In this document: positions 7,469 to 15,604 of the stretch, in pieces
Numbering within the stretch: the stretch's first letter is position 1
Layout of the letters: every line of letters begins with the position of its first letter
From: a virus
Lineage: Duplodnaviria > Caudoviricetes
IMG/VR virus record: IMGVR_UViG_3300010366_000022
Coordinates: 1 to 39,446 of that record
Strand: one strand, 5' to 3'
DNA: 39,446 nt
Position numbers and translations under genes: made by a program
The notes under the pieces: model-generated
What the model was told of the DNA's origin: nothing
Database searches by the model: none
The model's input: the letters and a program-made list of their open reading frames with translations, nothing else

Positions 7469-8367
7469 CGGCGCCCCGGCCGTACCGAACACGTGGGCCA
7501 AAATCCGCATTGGGCTGGAGCGCACCACCATGCGCCTTCGGCGGCGCCCGGCCACGGACCGTCGGGTCCGCGCGTGTCGTACAACCACCGGATCAACGCC
7601 ACCGTGTCGTCCACCCGGCGCGCGAACGCCACGAACGCGGCATCGCCCCGTTCGGTGATCAATTCTTGGTGTTCGGGTTGCCGTTTGCGGATGGCGGTGT
7701 GCCACCGGAATCCGGCGGCGGGGTTGCCCTCCACCCGGCGCACGTACATGTACGCCGTCGCTTGTTCCGATTTGTCGATGTCGGATTGGTTGCGGCGTCG
7801 TTTGCCCGTTTTCACGTCGGTCACCAACCCGGTGGCATCTTCGACGTCCAACACGGCCACGAACGGGATGCCGGACGGCAACACCACTTCGACCCGCCGT
7901 TCGGCCGCGGTCGGTTGCACCGTGGGCGCCAACGTTTGGTGGTAGCCCGGCCATTCGCCCCGGCCGACCACGGCCGCGATCGCATCCGATTGCAACGTGT
8001 TGGGTTTGTCGCCCCACACGATTTCCGTCAACCCGCGTTCGTGTTCGACCACTTCGTCCCACGCCGTGCCGGTGTATTCACGCATGTCGTTGACCGGCCG
8101 GTCCGCGTGCGAATCGATTTTTTGCCCGTAGTTCCACGCCACCGCTTGGTGAACGGTGCGCCCGAACAATTGGTCCCCCGACGTGGCGGGCCATTCCCCC
8201 CCGATGCGTTGGCGGCGCCACCGTTCCGGGCACCGCCAAAACCCGTCCATGGACGACACCGACAACCGGTGGATGTCGGGCGGCAACGCAGGCGGTTGCC
8301 CGCCGTGGCGGTGTTCGCGGAACACCGCTTCGATTTGGGCCAACAACGGGGCGTTGTCGGGGATCAT
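7465..8367 (-). CDS. Cas4/RecB-like PD-(D/E)XK exonuclease
   Basis: LSVSS...RCP, LDV...DVKTG, QATAY and C-terminal Cys cluster; adjacent to ERF. Confidence 0.85.
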   Translation of the reverse strand: MIPDNAPLLAQIEAVFREHRHGGQPPALPPDIHRLSVSSMDGFWRCPERWRRQRIGGEWPATSGDQLFGRTVHQAVAWNYGQKIDSHADRPVNDMREYTGTAWDEVVEHERGLTEIVWGDKPNTLQSDAIAAVVGRGEWPGYHQTLAPTVQPTAAERRVEVVLPSGIPFVAVLDVEDATGLVTDVKTGKRRRNQSDIDKSEQATAYMYVRRVEGNPAAGFRWHTAIRKRQPEHQELITERGDAAFVAFARRVDDTVALIRWLYDTRGPDGPWPGAAEGAWWCAPAQCGFWPTCSVRPGRR

Positions 8368-9089
8368 GTGCCCGCGTCGGTGGCAGCCTCCTCCGCGGCG
8401 CGGCGTTCCATCGTTTCCACCACCGCGTCCCGATAGCCGCGCAACCGTTCGGTCAAATCCAACGTGATGTCGGCGTCCAACGATTCGGCCAAATCCGGCC
8501 AGGGCAAATTGATCCCCGACCGCCGTTGCAATTGGTCGATGGTGATGGCGTCCAACCCCATCAATTCTTCGACCAACGCAATCAACGTGTCCGTTTCCGC
8601 CTGCGTGGGGCGCCGGGATTGTTCGGCATGTGGTTGGTCGTCCGACCCGGCCGCAAGCGATCCTGAGCGATCCTGAGGGCTCGCCGCGGCCGATTGAGCG
8701 TCATCGTCATCGTCGGGCGCCAATCCCAACATGGACACAAACGTGTACCGGCGCATGTACGTGATCAACGACCCGGTGTCCTGTGGGTCCAATCCGACTA
8801 GGTTCAACGGGAACCGTGACGTCAACCGTTGGTCGGTGGTTGCGTGCAACACGATCGTTTCCAACACGGCATCGCCGTGGTCGGTGAAATTCAACGGTTG
8901 CACGACCGCCAACCCGTGGTTCGACAACACGGGAATGGTCGCGGTCAACACGTCGTCCAACGTCGCATATTTGAACGCGTACGACCCGCCCGATTTGGTG
9001 CGTACGGTCACGGTGCGGGTGCGCGGGATTTTTGGGAACTCGGCTTGGGCCGCGGCCAATGCCGCGGCCAACGTGTCATGCGTCGGCAT
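8364..9089 (-). CDS. ERF-family single-strand annealing protein
   Basis: KYATLDDVL...PQDTGSLITYMRRY...DDDDAQ ERF signature; AGGAGG RBS. Confidence 0.9.
   Translation of the reverse strand: MPTHDTLAAALAAAQAEFPKIPRTRTVTVRTKSGGSYAFKYATLDDVLTATIPVLSNHGLAVVQPLNFTDHGDAVLETIVLHATTDQRLTSRFPLNLVGLDPQDTGSLITYMRRYTFVSMLGLAPDDDDDAQSAAASPQDRSGSLAAGSDDQPHAEQSRRPTQAETDTLIALVEELMGLDAITIDQLQRRSGINLPWPDLAESLDADITLDLTERLRGYRDAVVETMERRAAEEAATDAGT
8661..8683. repeat. 23-bp exact repeat (inverted copy at 16971-16993)
   Basis: TCCTGAGCGATCCTGAGGGCTCG is the reverse complement of 16971-16993. Confidence 0.85.
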
Positions 9090-9246
9090 GGTTTTCCTCC
9101 TGTGGCTCGTGGTGGCAGTCGGTGACGTCATCATCATCGTCCGTGGATCGGTCGTCACACGGCCCGCCCATGTCGGGCGGGCCGTGTTCGGAACGGGCGT
9201 GGTAGTCCGCAATTGCCCGTTCGGATGCGTGTTCGGGGTCGGTCAC
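9076..9246 (-). CDS. small acidic hypothetical protein
   Basis: GTGA overlap with upstream stop; fills gap to ERF. Confidence 0.45.
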   Translation of the reverse strand: MTDPEHASERAIADYHARSEHGPPDMGGPCDDRSTDDDDDVTDCHHEPQEENHADA

Positions 9247-9458
9247 GAAAACGATTCCGTGATCAACCGTTCCGCCGTGCGCATCGCGGCCACGGCGTCG
9301 TTGACCTTTGCCACGCGGTCGTCCCACGACCGGTCGTCGTGGGATTTGAGTTTCCGGTCCGCGCAGTACTCCGCCCACGCACCGACCGCGTCCCGCACAT
9401 CACGGACGCGGTCGATCAATTCGTGGACGGCCGCGATTTCCTCGGCCGTGATCATCAT
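9243..9458 (-). CDS. hypothetical protein (71 aa)
   Basis: ATGA overlap; helical protein-like sequence. Confidence 0.65.
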   Translation of the reverse strand: MMITAEEIAAVHELIDRVRDVRDAVGAWAEYCADRKLKSHDDRSWDDRVAKVNDAVAAMRTAERLITESFS

Positions 9459-10138
9459 GGCCGCAACTCCGGCATGTCGGCAGCGACGTCGGCCAACACC
9501 GATACCGCCCGCCAATCGCGGGCGTCGATCGCGGTCAACATGCGATCGACTACCGGGTGGTTCAACACGTCCGGCGCCGCCACCACGACCGGATGTGGTT
9601 TGGGGTCGGGATCGGGTTCCGGTTCCGGATTTGCCGCCATCGGCTCTGCGTGCCCATTGTCCAATAGGTAGCGGGCGACTTTGCGCCGAGTGGACGGCCA
9701 CACCGGGTCGCCATCCATCGCATGACGAATAGTCGATGGCGCCAACATCACCCGGCGGGACACTACGGTGTACCCGTCCCGTCCGACGTACGTGCGTAGT
9801 TGTTCCCGTTGGTCGGTGGGCAAACGGCCGTGTTGCCGTTTGATCGGTTCGTTCATGGGTGGTTCCTCCTTGTACGGCACGGGTTCGGGGATGTCCCGGC
9901 GTTCCCGCACCACGTCTTTCAATCGTCGTTCGCCGTATTCGCGCAATAGCCCGACCCGTCGGCAATCGATGACGAATCGGTCCACGGCGTGGTTCATGTT
10001 CGATGCGTTCAACGATCCGGTCGCAATCCGGCGCCCGTCGATACGGACGGCGAAGTGCGACCCGTTGGGTTCGATGGTCGCCCCGTCAACGCGGGTCAAC
10101 CATTCGATCACGGGGCGGATGTCACGTGACGTTTTCAC
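9455..10138 (-). CDS. hypothetical protein with HicA-like N-terminus and possible HTH
   Basis: IEPNGSHFAVRIDG resembles HicA GSH motif; GYTVVSRRVMLAPSTIRHAM is HTH-like. Confidence 0.5.
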   Translation of the reverse strand: MKTSRDIRPVIEWLTRVDGATIEPNGSHFAVRIDGRRIATGSLNASNMNHAVDRFVIDCRRVGLLREYGERRLKDVVRERRDIPEPVPYKEEPPMNEPIKRQHGRLPTDQREQLRTYVGRDGYTVVSRRVMLAPSTIRHAMDGDPVWPSTRRKVARYLLDNGHAEPMAANPEPEPDPDPKPHPVVVAAPDVLNHPVVDRMLTAIDARDWRAVSVLADVAADMPELRP

Positions 10139-10241
10139 GTGCTACCGTCCCGGTGTTCGCCCCCGGCACCGCTAGTGCCGGGACGTTCATGCCGAAACGG
10201 ACCCGGCCACGCCGGGTTCGTTTCATGTGGGGGCTGGTAGT

Positions 10242-10421
10242 TCAACGGGCCTCCTTCGTTGGTGGCCGGTGGACGACGGACTCTAACAACGCCCGTTGCT
10301 GGTCACCGGCAAGGGTGGCCACCACCCCCAACGCGTGGTCAACGCGTTGGGGGTACATCGGGTCGGTGGCCGCTAGTACCCGGACGAACAATTCCGCGGT
10401 GGATTCGTCCGGTTCGTTCAT
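10242..10421 (-). CDS. hypothetical protein (59 aa, not in ORF track)
   Basis: MNEPDESTAELFVRVLAATDP...; genome-typical codons. Confidence 0.5.
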   Translation of the reverse strand: MNEPDESTAELFVRVLAATDPMYPQRVDHALGVVATLAGDQQRALLESVVHRPPTKEAR

Positions 10422-10470
10422 TTGGACCCGTTCGATTTTCCGAGCGTTCCAGTGGGTCGAAACCGTCCGA

Positions 10471-10683
10471 TCATTCGGGCAACCGCCATTCCCCGCGCCA
10501 CCATTTCCAATAACAGTCGGCGCACACGAGACGCGGCGGTCGTTTGCCTTTTCGTTTGCGAATCGGATGGGTTACGTGTGCGGGCACGGTACGTCCGCAC
10601 GGCCCGGCGCATTTCACCAACGGGCGGGCGGCACCCAACGATCGGCCCACACCCGCCGCACGAGATTCGCGCCGCGACCTCAT
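10471..10683 (-). CDS. hypothetical zinc-binding protein
   Basis: CAGPC...CADC; ATGA overlap. Confidence 0.55.
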   Translation of the reverse strand: MRSRRESRAAGVGRSLGAARPLVKCAGPCGRTVPAHVTHPIRKRKGKRPPRLVCADCYWKWWRGEWRLPE

Positions 10684-10910
10684 AGCACCGTCCCGGTGGG
10701 TTCGACGGTGACCGGCCGGTTGTAGATGGTCCGGGTGACGGCCACCGTGGCCCACGACGTCATGCCGCCGATGGACCCACACGATGGGCATTCGTCAACC
10801 GGACACGCGCTGTCCAACGACACGCCGTCGTGCATGGGCACGATGACGCGGCCGGGATCGGGTTGTGAAATCCCGGTGTCGTCATACGGACAATGCGCAC
10901 ACACGAACAT
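10680..10910 (-). CDS. hypothetical zinc-ribbon protein
   Basis: CAHC...CPSCG. Confidence 0.55.
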   Translation of the reverse strand: MFVCAHCPYDDTGISQPDPGRVIVPMHDGVSLDSACPVDECPSCGSIGGMTSWATVAVTRTIYNRPVTVEPTGTVL

Positions 10911-10921
10911 CCGCCACACGG

Positions 10922-11896
10922 TCACGACGTGACCAACGCCAACGCGCGATTTTTCAACCCCGTTCCGTCGAACATCGCGCGCGTCCATTTCCGCTCCAAC
11001 GCGACATCGGAATCACGGCCGCGCACCGCACGATCGTGGTCGGCGTATTCGGCCACCGCGTTCACCGCCGCCCACGCGGTGCCCCGAACGTTCGCGAGGT
11101 TGTCCGCGTCGTTGTAGATGGATGCGATGGCGTTGCGGGCTTCGACGGCGTTGCGCGCCGCCCGGCTGTCCGATTCGTTGGCGCCCACGGTCATGGGCAC
11201 CAATTCGGTGAGGAACGCCTTGAACTCGGACGGGGACATTTTCGTCGCCGCCAAATCGTTCCCGACCTTCTCGAACTCGGCGTAGTAGCTGAATGTCATG
11301 CCCAACGACCGGCGAGCGATGTCCAACCGACCGCCGACGCCCGACGTGTGCCGGGTCGTCCACGACCGTGACGCCGCCCGCAACGCGATGTTCAACGTGT
11401 TGCGACACACGACCCGGATGGGCGTTGCCGCCACCGTGATCGCGCGTGTGCCGTCGTGGGCATGGGTGAACAGGATGAACGGGTCGATGTTCTCGCCCGC
11501 GATCATGATGCCTTCAGGCAGCCGCGCCAAAATCCAAACGATGCGGCCACCGGACAACGCACCGGCGGTGTGGAATTTTGCCCCACCGGTGTCCAGTAGA
11601 TCGTCCACGAACGCGAACGCGTCCCGGTTTTGGACGATCCGGTATTGATCCCCGACCACACCTAACACGCGCCCGTCCGTGGTGCGGACGTTGGCGACGT
11701 GGGAGGCGATGGGGATGTGCAACGCGGGGTCGGTCAACGCGCCGTGGTACAGCGGTTGCGGGACGACGTCCCAATCCAAACCGGCCAAATCCAACGCGCG
11801 GTCGGCGGTGACGACGTCATCGGGGATAACGGTGCCCAATCCATGCCAGGCACGTTCCCCGTTCCCGAAAAACCCCGATTCGAAGTCAGCAGGCAT
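10922..11896 (-). CDS. DUF932/DUF945 family phage/plasmid protein
   Basis: AWHGLG, AGLDWDV, YRIVQNRDAFAF, HDGT, TPIRVVCRNTL, GTAWAAVNAVAEYADH; AAAGGGGG RBS. Confidence 0.9.
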   Translation of the reverse strand: MPADFESGFFGNGERAWHGLGTVIPDDVVTADRALDLAGLDWDVVPQPLYHGALTDPALHIPIASHVANVRTTDGRVLGVVGDQYRIVQNRDAFAFVDDLLDTGGAKFHTAGALSGGRIVWILARLPEGIMIAGENIDPFILFTHAHDGTRAITVAATPIRVVCRNTLNIALRAASRSWTTRHTSGVGGRLDIARRSLGMTFSYYAEFEKVGNDLAATKMSPSEFKAFLTELVPMTVGANESDSRAARNAVEARNAIASIYNDADNLANVRGTAWAAVNAVAEYADHDRAVRGRDSDVALERKWTRAMFDGTGLKNRALALVTS

Positions 11897-11957
11897 CGCT
11901 GACCCCCTTTCGGTGGTGGTGGGTGACACGTGGAACCCACGTGCCGGAACATCCAAT

Positions 11958-12031
11958 CGGACGTTCCGCCGGACCCACCCCCGCGCCCCACGTGGAGGAG
12001 GGGATTTGAGGTGGGTCCGGCGCAACGCCCG
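11958..12031 (-). ncRNA. intergenic hairpin, family B copy 1
   Basis: 24-position stem CGGGCGTTGCGCCGGACCCACCTC / GGGGTGGGTCCGGCGGAACGTCCG with G-U pairs and one G.G mismatch. Confidence 0.65.
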
Positions 12032-12050
12032 TGTGGGGGTTGCGCGGCGA

Positions 12051-12743
12051 TCACGTCCAATCGTGGTCGTCAGCGTCGGACGGAACACCCTGCGCCGCGG
12101 CCAACGCATCCCGCACCGATTCGTAATGTGCGACGGCGTTTTCCTGGTCGCGGATTTCCGCGTTGATGCGATCGCGTGACGCGTCCGTGCGAGCACGGGC
12201 CAACTTCGCCTGCGTCGCCTTGACGGTCGATTTGGCGTTGCGGACGTCGTCGTCCGCGGTGCCGATCAACGAATTGCGTGCGGCGAACGATGCCCGCATT
12301 TTCAATTGGGGAATCGCCCACATGTCCGAAATACGCCCGGACACGATGTCATCGGCCGCTTCCGCAATTTGTCGTTCCACGAGGTTGGACGTTTCGGAAG
12401 TCGAATGTGACCGGAGGCCGGACGACACCCAACCCCGCAACACCGATTCAACGTGGCGAACGATGTCCACCGCCGAGGCCTGTTCCGCGTCCTCGTCGGC
12501 GGGGTCCAATTCGGATTGGACCATGATGGCCACCCGCGTTCGGGTTTCGGCGGCAACCAATTTGCCCTGATCCCATCCGAACCGATACGCGAACGGCCCT
12601 TGATTCGACCATCCGTTGGTGTCGTCCACTTCGTCCTTGAATTCGTCCCACGCGTGTCGGCCGTCCATCGCCCAATGTACGACGAGTTGCACCAACAGCG
12701 CGCGTAGTTCCCGTTCGTATGCGATGTCGTACGGTGATGCCAT
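12051..12743 (-). CDS. hypothetical protein with C-terminal coiled coil
   Basis: ACCACCAACCGAAAGGGG leader before ATG. Confidence 0.8.
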   Translation of the reverse strand: MASPYDIAYERELRALLVQLVVHWAMDGRHAWDEFKDEVDDTNGWSNQGPFAYRFGWDQGKLVAAETRTRVAIMVQSELDPADEDAEQASAVDIVRHVESVLRGWVSSGLRSHSTSETSNLVERQIAEAADDIVSGRISDMWAIPQLKMRASFAARNSLIGTADDDVRNAKSTVKATQAKLARARTDASRDRINAEIRDQENAVAHYESVRDALAAAQGVPSDADDHDWT

Positions 12744-12783
12744 TGTGAATCCCCTTTCGGTTGGTGGTTTGGGTGCTATCCAA

Positions 12784-12844
12784 AACGGACGCCCCGCGGA
12801 ACCCACCCCGGTGGGTGTGAGGTGGATTCCGCGCGGCGCCCGTT
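12784..12844 (-). ncRNA. intergenic hairpin, family B copy 2
   Basis: AACGGGCGCCGCGCGGAATCCACCTC / GGGGTGGGTTCCGCGGGGCGTCCGTT; compensatory changes relative to copy 1. Confidence 0.65.
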
Positions 12845-12896
12845 AGGGTTCCGCGCGATCCCCGCGGCCGTGATCCTTGACGGCGGGGAAACTAGG

Positions 12897-13904
12897 TCAT
12901 CGATCCCACGTGTACGCCCGCGGTTTGACGACCAACGGTTGGTCGTCCGGGCCTTTCACGTAGGGACTGATCCATATTTGTCGATGAACACCCGCGGACG
13001 GGAACCATTGGTTGCGCCAATGACCTCCGACAATCCACCGATGCGTCCATTCGACGGTGTGGCCGGACGATTCGATCGTGTCGGATCGTTCCCGGCGCAA
13101 CCGCACGACCAACGTTTCCCGATGGGGGAAGTTGATACGCGCGGCGGCACGTCGGTCACCGCGATCCGGCGGCGTGGTGTGACGGACGGCCACCCGTTGT
13201 TGCATCAACCGCAACGACGTTTGGACGATCCGCCACCACCATTCGGCGCCGGTGGGCCGTCCGATTTCGTCCCATTGGTTGCCGTCGAACGCCATGCCGA
13301 AAAACCACGGCGTGATGTGGATGGGGACGACCGTGGGGCGAACACCCCAATGGTCGGCCCATTCGGGGAACCCGCCCACATCGGCGTCGGTGGCCGCGTA
13401 CAACGTCAACGCGACCCCTTGGCCGATGCGACCTTCGCCGCGCCGCCAATTGTCCAACACGCGGTCGTACTCACCGTCCACGGCTTCGACGTCGGTGCGG
13501 GTGAACATCGGCACCCACGAAAACGCGGCGATGTTGACCGGGTCATCGAACCGGTCCAACACCGGGAACGGTTCCGCGAAGTACACGAACCCGTTGTCGG
13601 TCATCAAATCGGTGCCCAACAACGGTTCCGGAGCGAACGACGATTTGGCCGCGGCCACCAATTCGCACATGTCCGCGGACACATAGATGGGGTCGGCCGT
13701 GCGCACCTTGTCGGTTTCGACGGCGTACAACATCCGGGTCATTTCGACCGTGTCCGGGTTCATGCGTTTGGTTTCCATGTCCATCCGTGCGGCCAACCAT
13801 CGTTGCCCGGCGGTGGTGGCGTGTTGCCACCGCCACTGCTCCATTTGCACGGACATGGCGTCACGCCACCCGTGTCGTGATTGGGGACTGTTGGTGCGGT
13901 CCAT
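12897..13904 (-). CDS. hypothetical protein (HRWxVxGHWR...PYVKGP C-terminal motif)
   Basis: Long ORF with leader motif/RBS; C-terminal motif recurs in uncharacterised phage proteins. Confidence 0.8.
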   Translation of the reverse strand: MDRTNSPQSRHGWRDAMSVQMEQWRWQHATTAGQRWLAARMDMETKRMNPDTVEMTRMLYAVETDKVRTADPIYVSADMCELVAAAKSSFAPEPLLGTDLMTDNGFVYFAEPFPVLDRFDDPVNIAAFSWVPMFTRTDVEAVDGEYDRVLDNWRRGEGRIGQGVALTLYAATDADVGGFPEWADHWGVRPTVVPIHITPWFFGMAFDGNQWDEIGRPTGAEWWWRIVQTSLRLMQQRVAVRHTTPPDRGDRRAAARINFPHRETLVVRLRRERSDTIESSGHTVEWTHRWIVGGHWRNQWFPSAGVHRQIWISPYVKGPDDQPLVVKPRAYTWDR

Positions 13905-13948
13905 GACCGCCCCCTTTCGGTTGGTGGTTCGGTTGGTGGTGCAAACGT

Positions 13949-14000
13949 GCAAGCACCGTGACGGGCACCGGTAACCCGATGCCCGCGGACGGTGACCTAC
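13949..14000 (-). ncRNA. intergenic hairpin, family A copy 1
   Basis: CACCGT-CC-GCGGGCATCGG-GTTA-CCGGTGCCCGT-C-ACGGTG. Confidence 0.65.
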
Positions 14001-14221
14001 CCGTTGGTGACGTCCTCCACGGTGACCTTGAACCGTCGGCCGTCGATTTCGACCGACCAAAACGCGGTCGTGTCGGACTGGTCATCGCCACCGTGAAACA
14101 TGACGCCGTTGGCGTCAACGACGGCGGACAAACATCCGTTGTGGCCGAACGCCGCGGCGTCGAACACGGGACGGGTGAAATCGTGCAACTGATCCGCAAC
14201 GGTTTTGGCGGATGTGAACAT
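13997..14221 (-). CDS. hypothetical early protein (74 aa)
   Basis: ACCAACCGAAAGGGGATTCAC-ATG leader. Confidence 0.8.
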   Translation of the reverse strand: MFTSAKTVADQLHDFTRPVFDAAAFGHNGCLSAVVDANGVMFHGGDDQSDTTAFWSVEIDGRRFKVTVEDVTNG

Positions 14222-14252
14222 GTGAATCCCCTTTCGGTTGGTGGTGGTGCAA

Positions 14253-14301
14253 AACGCACCGTGACGCACCCGCCGGGTGGCGGGTGCGCGGACGCTACGT
14301 T
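14253..14301 (-). ncRNA. intergenic hairpin, family A copy 2
   Basis: AACGTAGCGT-CC-GCGCACCCGCC-ACCC-GGCGGGTGCGT-C-ACGGTGCGTT. Confidence 0.7.
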
Positions 14302-14537
14302 CAAAACCCAGTGGGGTCGTGGCCATCCGGTTGGCATACCGGGCACCATTCGTTCGGCACCGGCGCGAACATGGTGGCGTCCCGGCGGGTCATGTGCGAA
14401 CACACGCCGCCGTGATCGACGCACACGGTGAACCAACCGTTGGGGTCGCCGCAATCGAACGACCCGTCGCGGTTGTCCACGATTTGGACGGTGGTGCCGG
14501 TAATGCGTGATCGGTGTTCGGAAACTACGCGGGACAT
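14301..14537 (-). CDS. hypothetical Cys/His early protein (78 aa)
   Basis: WFTVCVDHG...WCPVC; AAAGGAA RBS. Confidence 0.8.
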   Translation of the reverse strand: MSRVVSEHRSRITGTTVQIVDNRDGSFDCGDPNGWFTVCVDHGGVCSHMTRRDATMFAPVPNEWCPVCQPDGHDPTGF

Positions 14538-14548
14538 GGTTGGTTCCT

Positions 14549-14596
14549 TTCGGTTGGTGGTTCGGTTGGTGGTTCGGTTGGTGGTTCGGTTGGTGG
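14549..14596. repeat. tandem repeat (TTCGGTTGGTGG)x4; x2 at 13916-13939
   Basis: Direct reading; expansion of the leader motif. Confidence 0.95.
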
Positions 14597-14601
14597 TGGT
14601 G

Positions 14602-14653
14602 CGAACGCACCGTGAGCCGCACCCGTGTTGGATGCGGCCGGACGCTACGTTCG
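14602..14653 (-). ncRNA. intergenic hairpin, family A copy 3
   Basis: CGAACGTAGCGT-CC-GGCCGCATCC-AACAC-GGGTGCGGCT-C-ACGGTGCGTTCG. Confidence 0.7.
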
Positions 14654-14860
14654 GCGCCGGTCGGCGGCATCCGCGCACCGCGCACAACGGCGCGCGTACG
14701 ACGAATGCACCGCACGATCAAATCCCGACGGCGCCCACCGCCCGCATTCGAGCGGGAAGTCGCCGTTGGTCACATCGGTCGGCCGGACGCCGACAACCGC
14801 CAAATGCGAACGGGCGGTGCCGTTCCAACTAACCCAAACGTTGGTGGTGATGGTGGTCAT
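14645..14860 (-). CDS. hypothetical early protein (71 aa)
   Basis: AAAGGAA RBS; CG...CARC. Confidence 0.75.
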   Translation of the reverse strand: MTTITTNVWVSWNGTARSHLAVVGVRPTDVTNGDFPLECGRWAPSGFDRAVHSSYARRCARCADAADRRRT

Positions 14861-14880
14861 GTCGTTCCTTTCGGTTGGTT

Positions 14881-14933
14881 GTGGACGTTCCATGAGGCGC
14901 CCCGTTGCCGAGGCGCCCGGATGCAACGTTCAC
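14881..14933 (-). ncRNA. intergenic hairpin, family A copy 4
   Basis: ACGTTGCAT-CC-GGGCGCCTCG-GCAA-CGGGGCGCCT-C-ATGGAACGT. Confidence 0.7.
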
Positions 14934-14940
14934 GCGTTGA

Positions 14941-15153
14941 TCACGCGGTGTGGCCGATTTCCCACACGTAGCGTGCCGGGCGGGTCATGTGCCGGACTTC
15001 GGCAACCGCCGCGGCGAACGACTCCACGCCGATCGTCAACGACCGACCGTTGGTGGCGTCGAACATGCCGTCCGCGTATTCGCGGACGACCCAACCCGGC
15101 GTCGAAAGCCGGGTCGTGCGGATCACGGGATTGGTGGGGGTCGAATCGGTCAT
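14941..15153 (-). CDS. hypothetical early protein (70 aa)
   Basis: ACCACCAACCGAAAGGATTGAC-ATG leader. Confidence 0.8.
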   Translation of the reverse strand: MTDSTPTNPVIRTTRLSTPGWVVREYADGMFDATNGRSLTIGVESFAAAVAEVRHMTRPARYVWEIGHTA

Positions 15154-15174
15154 GTCAATCCTTTCGGTTGGTGG

Positions 15175-15229
15175 TGCGTTTCGGCCGTGCCCGGCCATCA
15201 TCGGGTGGGTGGCATCAACCCACGACGCA
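15175..15229 (-). ncRNA. type III hammerhead ribozyme (variant core)
   Basis: TGCG-TC | GTGGGT TGATGCC ACCCAC | CCGATGA T | GGCCG GGCA CGGCC | GAAA CGCA: three perfect stems, GUC cleavage triplet. Confidence 0.85.
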
Positions 15230-15550
15230 AAAACGATGACGTCACCGACCGCACGATCACGAACCGTTAGTGCGACGCGCCATCACGACGCGTCCACCTA
15301 GTCGGGTGCCACCGATGGGGCGTGGCCGCGGACACACACGCGGCCGGTCACCATCGCGGGGGCGGGATCGCGTTGGCGCGGGGGGTGCATCGGCCGGGTT
15401 CGCGCGGGAGTCCACCCGCCGCCCCCGGTGATCCCCACGTTGCCGGGAACCGCCACCGGATCGATGTCTACGCGATACACGAAACACGCTGCAACATCAA
15501 TCGGACATACACAAATTTACATGAATACGGCCACGGTCGTTGCCTATGCG

Positions 15551-15566
15551 TGACCTATATGGGTCA
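15551..15566. promoter_or_regulatory. imperfect palindrome in AT-rich putative early promoter region
   Basis: TGACCTATATGGGTCA; overlaps a minus-strand TTGACC hexamer. Confidence 0.4.
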
Positions 15567-15583
15567 ACCCCATTTCGGAATTT

Positions 15584-15604
15584 CCCGCTATTTGCGGGTT
15601 TTTT
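15584..15604 (+). terminator. possible intrinsic terminator
   Basis: CCCGC-TATTT-GCGGG-TTTTTT. Confidence 0.4.

Noticed and set aside
10135-10245. 36-aa ORF or structured RNA with two hairpins
   Set aside because: Has an RBS and coupled ends but also terminator-like stems; cannot decide between them, and no ribozyme core was found.
14549-14596. Possible CRISPR array
   Set aside because: Head-to-tail 12-mers with no spacers; the Cas4-like nuclease is in a typical ERF recombination context.
13949-14933. Integron attC cassette array
   Set aside because: Hairpins lack consistent RYYYAAC/GTTRRRY cores and no tyrosine recombinase was recognised.
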